From NCBI GenBank assembly GCA_963708025.1, contig CAVPSB010000034.1:1-64000 (forward strand): a stretch of 64,000 bases of DNA, in the 5' to 3' direction. Positions within the stretch are counted from its first letter, which is position 1. Every line of letters begins with the position of its first letter. Below the pieces are notes generated by a model. The model made no database searches. It was not told where the DNA came from and worked only from the letters and a program-made list of their open reading frames with translations. Made by a program: the position numbers and the translations under genes. This stretch comes from an uncultured Candidatus Rokubacteria bacterium. Its GTDB lineage: Bacteria; Methylomirabilota; Methylomirabilia; Rokubacteriales; DASRDR01. Below, one piece after another: positions 1 to 7,650 of this stretch.

Positions 1-1823
1 CCGTATGGCACGATGCTCAGGTTGCCGCGCTGGTGGCGAAGCTGCATGGACCGGATCCCGATCTTCTCGACCGTGCCCTTCGCGTCGCCGACGTCGATGT
101 ACTCCCCGAGCCGGAAGGCATCATCCATCAGGTAGAAAGCCCCCGAGATGACATCGCGCACGAGGGTCTGGGCCCCGAAGCCCACCGCGAGCCCCACGAC
201 GCCGGCCCCCGCCAGGAGCGGAGCGATCTGCACGCCGAACTCCGACAGGACGATCAGCGCCGTCATCACGCAGATGGTGGCGAACAGGGACCCCCGGAGG
301 AGCGGCAGGAGCGTGCGCAGGCGGGAGGCGCCCGTGTCGCCCGGCGTCCCCGGCTCGCTCACCGTGACGGGGCCCACCTCCGGCGCGAGCCGCCGGTCGA
401 TCTCGGTCTTCGCGAAGCGCCAGGCCAGGTACGCCAGGAGCAGCGTCACCGCGATGTCGATGAGGTCCCCTGCCAACCGCTCCCCCGTGCCCCGTGCGGT
501 CAGCGCGAAGAGATCGATCCCCCACAGTCTGGCGATGACAAGGAGCCCGCCGACGGTGACGGCGACGTGGACCCCCTGGCGGAGGACCGGCCCGTAGCTG
601 GCGTGGAGGGTCCGGGGCCCGGCCGCGCCACCCCGCGTCTGGTGGTCCACGAGCCAGCAGAGCGCCATGTCCACGAGGGGCGTAGCGACCACGACGACCA
701 CGCTGAGAATCCCCGTGTAGCTGTTGAGGTCGCGGCGGACGAGCTGCTCCACCGTCGCCACCGTCACGACGCCGACCGCGTACGCCGTCATGAGGGCGGG
801 CCAGAGGTCCGCCAGGATCCGGCGGAGGCGGCTTGTCCCCTCGCTCCGGATCTGCGCGGCGATGGCCGCCCGTTCCCGCCAGACGAGGGACAGGAAGACG
901 ACGAGGAAGAGCACGCGCGCGGCCGTCATGACGAGGATGACGGCGTCCGTCGAGTCTCCCCAGCGCGCGAGGAAGTCCCGCACGACCGAGGCGAGGCCGA
1001 AGATCAGAGCCAGCGTCAGCACGCCGCGGTGGAGGCGTAGGGCCGTCCCGTCATCGAACGGGAGGAGCCGGCGGCCCGAGGCGCCCGGCGCGAGCAGGAT
1101 CCCCGCGCCGAGGACCGCGAGCCGGATCTGAATCGTGGCCACCAGAATCGCGCCGATCAGCTCGCGGCTCGACTCGTGGCCCTGGTAGAAGACGAGGAAG
1201 ACCGCGACGGCCGCGGCGGCGAAGACGGCGAGCAGCAGGAGCTCGACCACGGCCCACATCAGGAGCCCGCCCGCCGCGGCGCCGAAGCCGACGGCCCGCT
1301 CCGCCACGAGAGCCCGGCGGGTATTTCCGAGCGCGCGACGGACCAGCCACTCGGCGGCGCTCCCCACCGCCAGCATCATCGCGAAGAACCCGGCCACGAG
1401 GAGGACCTGGTGACGGCGGCCGCCCTCCGAGAAGCGGCGGACGGCGACGCCCAGCGAGGCAGGGAGCCCGGGCGCCGCCGCGAGCACGGCGCCCAGGCGC
1501 TCCCGCACCAGGTGGACGTCGTCCTCGATCGTGATCCCGATACCGACACCGTCGGCCACCGCGCCGGCAGGCACCGCCGCCCGGTCGAGCCGGGCCAGGA
1601 GGAGCCCCCGGACCTCGTCGTCGGAGAGCCGCGCGACGAGCTCCCGGACGACTTCGCGGACCAGGGACTCTGGTAGAACAACCACTTCGGCCGGTTCGGC
1701 GGGCGACTTGGCCTCGACGAGGCCGGCGGAGACGAGCCCGGCGGCCAGGCCCACCGCCAGCGCGAGGCCGCGGCCCAGGCCGTTCCCCCAACACATCCCA
1801 GGATGTTCGGCGTCGCGGCCCAT
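1..1823 (-). CDS. Mechanosensitive ion channel (MscS family) protein with large membrane N-terminus, 3' end outside window
   Basis: Manual translation from ATG 1823 (GGAGGT SD upstream): MGRDAEHPG...GLALAVGLAAGLVSAGLVEAK...; near the window edge it reads GAQTLVRDVISGAFYLMDDAFRLGEYIDVGDAKGTVEKIGIRSMQLRHQRGNLSIVPY, the MscS core. Absent from the ORF track because it runs off the edge. Confidence 0.85.
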   Translation of the reverse strand, partial: MGRDAEHPGMCWGNGLGRGLALAVGLAAGLVSAGLVEAKSPAEPAEVVVLPESLVREVVRELVARLSDDEVRGLLLARLDRAAVPAGAVADGVGIGITIEDDVHLVRERLGAVLAAAPGLPASLGVAVRRFSEGGRRHQVLLVAGFFAMMLAVGSAAEWLVRRALGNTRRALVAERAVGFGAAAGGLLMWAVVELLLLAVFAAAAVAVFLVFYQGHESSRELIGAILVATIQIRLAVLGAGILLAPGASGRRLLPFDDGTALRLHRGVLTLALIFGLASVVRDFLARWGDSTDAVILVMTAARVLFLVVFLSLVWRERAAIAAQIRSEGTSRLRRILADLWPALMTAYAVGVVTVATVEQLVRRDLNSYTGILSVVVVVATPLVDMALCWLVDHQTRGGAAGPRTLHASYGPVLRQGVHVAVTVGGLLVIARLWGIDLFALTARGTGERLAGDLIDIAVTLLLAYLAWRFAKTEIDRRLAPEVGPVTVSEPGTPGDTGASRLRTLLPLLRGSLFATICVMTALIVLSEFGVQIAPLLAGAGVVGLAVGFGAQTLVRDVISGAFYLMDDAFRLGEYIDVGDAKGTVEKIGIRSMQLRHQRGNLSIVPY

Positions 1824-1850
1824 GGCGCCCACCTCCGCTCACCAGACCCG

Positions 1851-1976
1851 GGCGTTCCGAGGCGAGCCTACCATGGAGCGCCACGCGCCGCGGGGACCCC
1901 CTCGCGGCTCGATCCGCGGACCCCGATGTCGGTTGGCTTCTCTGATCGCGAGCATCGCTCGCGGCACCGAACGCCC
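1851..1976. repeat. Long imperfect intergenic hairpin
   Basis: Ends GGCGTTC/GAACGCC pair; internal GCGAGC-ATC-GCTCGC and GCCGCG-GGGACCCCCT-CGCGGC stems. Confidence 0.4.
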
Positions 1977-1985
1977 TTTCGAGGC

Positions 1986-2738
1986 TTACTGCGCGGTCCA
2001 GCCCCCGTCGATCACGAGCTCGCTGCCGGTGACGAACGACGACTCGTCGGAAGCCAGGTAGAGGACGCCCAGCGCGACCTCGATGGGCCGGCCGTAGCGA
2101 CCGAGGGGGATGCGCGAGACCATCAGGCGGTGCTGCTCGGGGTCGGCCCGCCGCCGCTCCGTCATCGGCGTCACGATGGGACCGGGGTGGACGGAGTTGG
2201 CGCGGATGCCCTCGTTCGCGTACTGGATGGCGGTCGCCTTGGTGAGGAGACGCACCGCGCCCTTGGAGGCCTGGTACTGAGGGCTGGAGCTGTCCATTCC
2301 GACCAGGCCGAGCTGGGATGAGATGTTCACGATGGAGCCGCCGCCGGCCCGGCGCATGGCGGCGATGACCGCGCGCGTCCCCAGGAAGACGCCGGTGGCA
2401 TTGACGGCCATCGTGCGCTCCCACTGCTCGAGCGTGGTGTCCTCGATGCGGCTCCCGCCGCCAATCCCGGCATTGTTGACGAGAACGTCGAGCCGGCCGT
2501 GAAGGCGCTCGGCCGTCGCCACCGCGGTCTCCCAGTCGGACTCGCTGGTGACGTCGAGGCGCACGAACGTGGCCTCCCCACCCGCGGCCCGGATCTGCTC
2601 CGCCACCGCCTTGCTCTCGGCTTCCAGCACGTCGCCGAGCACGACCTTCGCGCCCTCCTTCGCGAAGAGCCGCCCCTCCTCGGCGCCCATCCCCCGCGCC
2701 CCCCCGCTGATCAACGCCACCTTGCCGGCGAGTCTCAT
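1986..2738 (-). CDS. Short-chain dehydrogenase/reductase (classical SDR)
   Basis: SGGARGMG, NNAG, YQASK (YxxxK), NSVHPG, VIDGG motifs. Confidence 0.95.
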   Translation of the reverse strand: MRLAGKVALISGGARGMGAEEGRLFAKEGAKVVLGDVLEAESKAVAEQIRAAGGEATFVRLDVTSESDWETAVATAERLHGRLDVLVNNAGIGGGSRIEDTTLEQWERTMAVNATGVFLGTRAVIAAMRRAGGGSIVNISSQLGLVGMDSSSPQYQASKGAVRLLTKATAIQYANEGIRANSVHPGPIVTPMTERRRADPEQHRLMVSRIPLGRYGRPIEVALGVLYLASDESSFVTGSELVIDGGWTAQ

Positions 2739-2744
2739 GCATTC

Positions 2745-2794
2745 TCTCCTGCTGCGACCGAGGCCGCGCTTGTCAGCGGAAACGCATGTTCGCC
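2745..2794 (-). other. Degenerate/truncated attC-like site downstream of the toxin gene
   Basis: Minus strand GGCGAAC-ATGCG-TTTCCGCTGACAAGCGCG resembles the left half of an attC; CTGGCGAAC is complementary (8/9) to GTTTGCCAG at the upstream cassette boundary. The right half is not recognisable. Confidence 0.5.
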
Positions 2795-2802
2795 AGCGTT
2801 GT

Positions 2803-3150
2803 TCACGCGAGAGCGAGGAACGCAGCTTCCTCGTGCCTCACAAACGCTTCGATCTCGTCGCGACGCGTCCGAAGCAACTGGATAACGTCGTTGGTCGAGC
2901 AATTGCCCAGGCGAATCCAGATGACCTTCGGTGGTGGCCCATGCAGGACGCTGAGCCGATGGAACTCTTCGTCCTTGCTCACGATCACGAGTCCGTGGTC
3001 CCGCGCATGAGCCCAGATTGCCCGATCGGGGGCCGGCGCCAGATGCACGTCGCCCACGTGGACGGAACGGGGGTACAAGTCAGCGAGCGCCCCGACAAGG
3101 CGCGCCGCGAGATTCTCGTCGAAAAGTAACCGGGCGGGCTGCTCAGGCAG
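2803..3150 (-). CDS. DUF5615 family PIN-like toxin
   Basis: RLLFDENLARRLVGALADLYPRSVHV...DRAIWAHARDHGLVIVSKDEEF...PPKVIWIRLGNCST. The conserved LLFDENL lies upstream of the ORF-track start, so the start is probably the CTG at 3150 overlapping the antitoxin stop. Confidence 0.85.
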   Translation of the reverse strand: MPEQPARLLFDENLAARLVGALADLYPRSVHVGDVHLAPAPDRAIWAHARDHGLVIVSKDEEFHRLSVLHGPPPKVIWIRLGNCSTNDVIQLLRTRRDEIEAFVRHEEAAFLALA

Positions 3151-3370
3151 CCGGGATACTCATGACCCGGCGCTCGCGCTCGGCGGCGAACGCCAGGCAG
3201 GCGCGGATGTCCTCGCGCGTGAGCTGGGGGAAGTCCGAGAGGATCTCGTCCTCGCGCATGCCGGACGCAAGGTAGGACAGGACATCACCGACCGTGATGC
3301 GCGTTCCCCGCACGCACGGCTTGCCGAACCGAATCTCCGGGTCAATGGTGATCCGGCCTTGGTAATCCAT
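3143..3370 (-). CDS. DUF433 family antitoxin
   Basis: MDYQGRITIDPEIRFGKPCVRGTRITVGDVLSYLASGMREDEILSDFPQLTREDIRACLAFAA is the typical DUF433 sequence. Confidence 0.95.
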   Translation of the reverse strand: MDYQGRITIDPEIRFGKPCVRGTRITVGDVLSYLASGMREDEILSDFPQLTREDIRACLAFAAERERRVMSIPAA

Positions 3371-3377
3371 GTAGCAG

Positions 3378-3407
3378 ATGATAAACCCGCGGCTCAGTGC
3401 GAGGCAA
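3378..3407 (-). promoter_or_regulatory. Sigma70-type promoter of the TA pair, probably giving a leaderless mRNA
   Basis: TTGCCT-18 nt-TATCAT-7 nt-ATG(3370); no SD. Confidence 0.6.
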
Positions 3408-3433
3408 GGACCAGACGGTGCCACGACTTGTCT

Positions 3434-3491
3434 GGCAAACGCCCGGCATCCGCCACGGCAGCAGGCCGTCGGCGGGATGCTGGTGTTATAC
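3434..3491 (-). other. Integron attC recombination site (58 bp)
   Basis: Minus strand GTATAAC-ACCAG-CATCCCGC-CGACGGCCTGCTGCCGTG-GCGGATG-CCGGGC-GTTTGCC: R''/L''/L'/R' layout with 5- and 6-nt spacers and an extra base in L''. The upstream gene's TAA stop lies within R''. Confidence 0.75.
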
Positions 3492-3690
3492 CCCCGGTAT
3501 GACCGGCGCGAGAGCTTTGAGCGCTTCATTTACTGATCGGCCATCGGGAAACACGTCGAGGACCTCCGGATCGATGACAACGACGTTGGCCCCGTCGGCG
3601 TACCTGGCTGCGGTTACACCACGGACCGCCCGGGAAAAGGTACTCGGGCCGCAGGGTATCGCGATCGGCCGTTGTGGTGCGGTCTCTAAC
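3486..3690 (-). pseudogene. Frameshifted small antitoxin-like gene (resembles the partner genes of BrnT-type toxins)
   Basis: DRDTLRPEY, then a frame change near 3640, then FSRAVRGVTAARYADGANVVVIDPEVLDVFPDGRSVNEALKALAPVIPGV*. No intact start or cognate toxin is visible. Confidence 0.65.
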
Positions 3691-3906
3691 CCTTCGCTGC
3701 AGTGTAGTAGCGCCGTGGGACTCGGAATCGACTGAAGATATCAGCGTGGAGTGTCCACAATGACTACGACGATAGTCCATCAGTCTGGACTCGGCAATAC
3801 GCCATCTCGCGCCACGGAGTCGCAGAGGGCGGGCCCGCAGGACCGCGATGCCACCCGGGGCCCTGGGTCGAGCGAACTATGCTACGGTGAGCGAAGGGAG
3901 AAGAGC

Positions 3907-5619
3907 GTGGCACGGAAGACGGCGAGATCCCGACCCCGCCGCGCACCGACGGCGCCCCCGGCCGCACGGGCCGCCGGGGTCGGTCTCTTCGAGCGCGATC
4001 TCGACCGCGGACCGGCCAACTACGTCCCGCTGACCCCGCTGTCCTTCCTCGCGCGGGCGGCGGCGGTCTACCCCGGGAAGGCCGCGGTGATCCACGGGGA
4101 CCGCGCGTACACCTACGCCGACTTCTATGCCCGGTGCCGGCGTCTGGCCTCGGCCCTGACCCGGCGCGGGATCGGCCGGGGCGACACGGTCGCGGTCATG
4201 GCCCCCAACGTCCCCGCCATGCTCGAAGCGCACTACGGCGTGCCGATGGCCGGCGCCGTGCTGAACGCGCTCAACTACCGCCTCGACGCGCGCTCGATCG
4301 CCTTCACCCTCGAGCACGGGGAGGCGAAGCTCCTGATCACCGATACCGAGTTCTCGCCCACGATCGCGCCGGCGCTTGCGCTCCTCCGGCGGAGGATCCC
4401 GGTCGTCGACATCGACGACCCGGTCGGGGCCGGCGAGCGATCCGGCGCGCGGCTTGGCGAGACGGACTACGAGGCCCTCCTGGCCGAGGGCGACCCGGCC
4501 TTCGACTGGCAGGGCCCCGACGACGAGTGGCAGGCGATCTGCCTCCTGTACACCTCGGGGACGACCGGCAATCCCAAGGGCGTCGTCTACCACCACCGGG
4601 GCGCCTACCTCAACGCGCTCGGCAACGCGCTCGCCTTCGGGCTGTCGTCGCGGTCGGTCTACCTCTGGACGCTGCCCATGTTCCACTGCAGCGGCTGGAC
4701 CTACACGTGGGCCGTCACCGCGGTCGGCGGCACCCACGTCTGCCTGCGGCGGGTCGACCCGGCCCTGATCTTCCCGGCCATCGCGCGCCACGGCGTCACC
4801 CACCTCTGCGGCGCGCCCGTCGTCCTCACGACGCTGATCCACGCCCCGGAACCGGTGAAGGTGAGATTCGACCACGTGGTGGAGGTCGCTACCGGCGGCG
4901 CCGCCCCGCCGTCGGCCGTGATCGCGGCGATGGAGGCGATGGGGTTCCGGGTCACCCACCTCTACGGGCTGACCGAATCGTACGGCCCGGCCACCCTCTG
5001 CGCCTGGCAGGCCGGGTGGGACCGGCTGCCCCTGACGGAGCGCGCGGCCGTCATGGCCCGGCAGGGGGTGCGGTACCCGACGCTGGAGGACCTGGTCGTC
5101 GCCGATCCCGAGACGCTCCACCCGGTGCCCGCCGACGCCCGGACGGTGGGAGAAGTCCTGCTGCGGGGCAACACCGTCATGAAGGGCTACCTGAAGAACC
5201 CGGCGGCGACGGCCGAGGCGCTGCGGGACGGCTTCCTCCACACGGGCGACCTCGCCGTGCGGCACTCCGACGGCTACATCGAGATCAAGGACCGCTCGAA
5301 GGACATCATCATCTCCGGGGGCGAGAACATCTCGTCGCTCGAGGTGGAGGAGGTCCTCTACCGCCACCCGGCCGTCATGGAGGCGGCGGTGGTGGCGAAG
5401 CCCGACGAGCGGTGGGGGGAGACCCCCTGCGCGTTCGTCACCCCGAAGCCCGGCGCCGCCGCCGTGACGGCCGGGGAGATCATCGAGTGGTGCCGGGCCA
5501 ACCTGGCTCGCTACAAGGTGCCGAAGCACGTCGTCTTCGGGCCCTTGCCCAAGACCTCGACGGGCAAGATCCAGAAGTTCGTCCTCCGGGAGCGGGCCAA
5601 GGCCCCCGGCGTCGGGTGA
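3907..5619 (+). CDS. Acyl-CoA synthetase (AMP-binding, medium-chain/AAE-like)
   Basis: YTSGTTGNPKG, YGLTE, TGD, DRSKDIIISGGENISSLEVE, LPKTSTGKIQK; GTG start after a GGGAG SD. Confidence 0.95.
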   Translation: MARKTARSRPRRAPTAPPAARAAGVGLFERDLDRGPANYVPLTPLSFLARAAAVYPGKAAVIHGDRAYTYADFYARCRRLASALTRRGIGRGDTVAVMAPNVPAMLEAHYGVPMAGAVLNALNYRLDARSIAFTLEHGEAKLLITDTEFSPTIAPALALLRRRIPVVDIDDPVGAGERSGARLGETDYEALLAEGDPAFDWQGPDDEWQAICLLYTSGTTGNPKGVVYHHRGAYLNALGNALAFGLSSRSVYLWTLPMFHCSGWTYTWAVTAVGGTHVCLRRVDPALIFPAIARHGVTHLCGAPVVLTTLIHAPEPVKVRFDHVVEVATGGAAPPSAVIAAMEAMGFRVTHLYGLTESYGPATLCAWQAGWDRLPLTERAAVMARQGVRYPTLEDLVVADPETLHPVPADARTVGEVLLRGNTVMKGYLKNPAATAEALRDGFLHTGDLAVRHSDGYIEIKDRSKDIIISGGENISSLEVEEVLYRHPAVMEAAVVAKPDERWGETPCAFVTPKPGAAAVTAGEIIEWCRANLARYKVPKHVVFGPLPKTSTGKIQKFVLRERAKAPGVG

Positions 5620-5639
5620 CGTGTAAGTCCGCGTCCTGC

Positions 5640-5669
5640 TTGACAGCCCTCCGGCCGGTTCGCTACACT
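5640..5669 (+). promoter_or_regulatory. Sigma70-type promoter for the CoA-transferase/ABC operon
   Basis: TTGACA-18 nt-TACACT. Confidence 0.65.
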
Positions 5670-5786
5670 CGACTCACCTTCGTCTTCTGGCGCCGATTCC
5701 TGGGACACGACCTGGCTCCACCCAAGGTGACGCGTATCTCACCGCCCTGTCGGCGGACGGCGCTCCTGCGCCGCGGAGGCTGAGCT

Positions 5787-6767
5787 GTGTCCGCCATCGA
5801 GCTCCTGGCCTCCGGCGTCGGCGAGTACCGCCTCCACGACCCGGACGCGCTCCGCGCCTGGATGCGGGACCGGAAGCGCCGGGAGTTCGTCGACAAGACG
5901 ACCGCCGCCGCCGAGGCGGTGGGCCGCCTGGTCGAGGACGGCGACTACGTCTCCTTCGACTTCTCCTCCTACACGCGGGGCCCGCTGGCCCTGGTCCGCG
6001 AGATCATCCGCCAGCGCCGCCGCGACCTCTGGTATTGCGCGAAGTTCACGCTGATGGAGTCCACGCTCCTGGTCGCGGCCGGCGCGGTGTCGAAGATCGA
6101 CGTCGGGTTCATGGGGCTCGGGGACACGCTGAACAGGGCGGTCGAGCGGGGCGAGGTGCGGGTCTCGGAGTGGACGAACGGCACCCTGACCCTCCGCCAC
6201 CTGGCGGGGTCGATGGGGGTCCCCTTCCTGCCGACCCGGGCCCTGCTCGGCAGCGACACGCTCCGCTACTCGGGCGCCAAGGTGATCGCCGATCCGTTCA
6301 CCGGGAAGCCCATCGCGCTGGTGCCGGCGCTCAACCCGGACGTCGGCCTCGTGCACGTGCATCAGTCCGACGTCTACGGGAACGCCCGCTGCTTCGGGCC
6401 GGGGGTGCAGCCGCTGGAGACGGCGATGGCCTCGCGGAAGGTGATCATCTCCACCGACGAGATCATCGACCACGACGACATCCGCAAGAACCCGGGCCGG
6501 ACCACGATCCCGTACTACCTGGTGGACGCGGTCGTGTACGCGCCGTACGGCGCGTATCCGGGCGGCCTGCCCGGCGTCTACGAGATGGACTTCGAGCACT
6601 TCGGCGAGTACTTCGGCCTGGAGCGCCAGGGGCGGCTGGGGGAGTACCTGGAGAAGTACGTCTACTCCGTCGGCTCCCACGAGGAGATGCTGGAGCAGCG
6701 CGTCGGGCTCCGCCGGCTGTCCGAGCTGCGCCGCCGGGCCGTGATCAAGGAAGGGTACCAGCCGTGA
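5787..6767 (+). CDS. Family I CoA-transferase subunit A (glutaconate CoA-transferase-like)
   Basis: GVPFLPTRALLGSD, ALNPDVGLVHVHQSDVYGNA, TTIPYYLVDAVV..PYGAYP. Confidence 0.9.
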   Translation: MSAIELLASGVGEYRLHDPDALRAWMRDRKRREFVDKTTAAAEAVGRLVEDGDYVSFDFSSYTRGPLALVREIIRQRRRDLWYCAKFTLMESTLLVAAGAVSKIDVGFMGLGDTLNRAVERGEVRVSEWTNGTLTLRHLAGSMGVPFLPTRALLGSDTLRYSGAKVIADPFTGKPIALVPALNPDVGLVHVHQSDVYGNARCFGPGVQPLETAMASRKVIISTDEIIDHDDIRKNPGRTTIPYYLVDAVVYAPYGAYPGGLPGVYEMDFEHFGEYFGLERQGRLGEYLEKYVYSVGSHEEMLEQRVGLRRLSELRRRAVIKEGYQP

Positions 6768-6833
6768 GCGCGGTGGGCGGCGCAGGGGCCGAGCCGTGAG
6801 CGGAGTGATGAGAGCGGCGGGTGGGGAAGGGGT

Positions 6834-7634
6834 ATGAGCACGGTGGTGGGCTCCTTCACCGAGGCGGAGTTCATGATCGCCCAGTGCGCGCGCCTCCTGG
6901 AGGACCAGAAGACCGCGTTCATCGGCTTCGGGATGCCCCAGGTCGCGGCGATCCTGGCCCAGCGGATCCACGCGCCCCAGCTCGTCCAGGTCTTCGAGTT
7001 CGGCGCCATCGGCTCGACGCCGCTCACCCCCTTCGTCCGCAACACGATGGGCGGGCCGTCCAACTGCTACCGGTCGCTGGCCTGGACGAACATGAACACC
7101 ATTTTCGCCCAGGCCCAGCTCGGGCTCATCGACTACGGCGTCCTCGGCGCCACCCAGATCGACCTCTACGGGAACATCAACTCGACGATGCTGGGCGAGG
7201 ACTGGCATCACCCGAAGAAGCGCTTCCCGGGCGCGGGGGGCGCCAACGAGGTCGCGTCGTACTGCTGGCGGACGATCGTGATCATGCTGCACGAGCGCCG
7301 CCGGTTCGTGCCCCGGGTGGACTTCATCAGCTCGCCGGGGTTCCTCGACGGGAGCCCGGGCGCGCGGGAGCGGGCCGGGCTGCCGGCGGAGACCGGACCG
7401 TGGCGCGTGGTGACCTCCAAGGCGCTGTTCGGCTTCGACGAGTCGACCCGGAAGATGACGCTGCTCGGGGTGCTGGACGGCCTGACCGTGGACGCGGTGC
7501 TGGCCGACCTGGAGCTGGCCCCGCTGGTGGCCGAGCGGGTGGAGACCCTGCCGCCGCCCACCGAGCGGGAGCTCCGCATCCTGCGCGAGGAGATCGATCC
7601 CGCGCGCACGGTCATCGGGCGGGGGAAGGCCTGA
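6834..7634 (+). CDS. Family I CoA-transferase subunit B
   Basis: VFEFG (catalytic Glu position), LGATQIDLYGNINST, PGAGGANEVA, VDFISSPG. Confidence 0.9.
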   Translation: MSTVVGSFTEAEFMIAQCARLLEDQKTAFIGFGMPQVAAILAQRIHAPQLVQVFEFGAIGSTPLTPFVRNTMGGPSNCYRSLAWTNMNTIFAQAQLGLIDYGVLGATQIDLYGNINSTMLGEDWHHPKKRFPGAGGANEVASYCWRTIVIMLHERRRFVPRVDFISSPGFLDGSPGARERAGLPAETGPWRVVTSKALFGFDESTRKMTLLGVLDGLTVDAVLADLELAPLVAERVETLPPPTERELRILREEIDPARTVIGRGKA

Positions 7635-7650
7635 GGACGGCGGATCCCGG

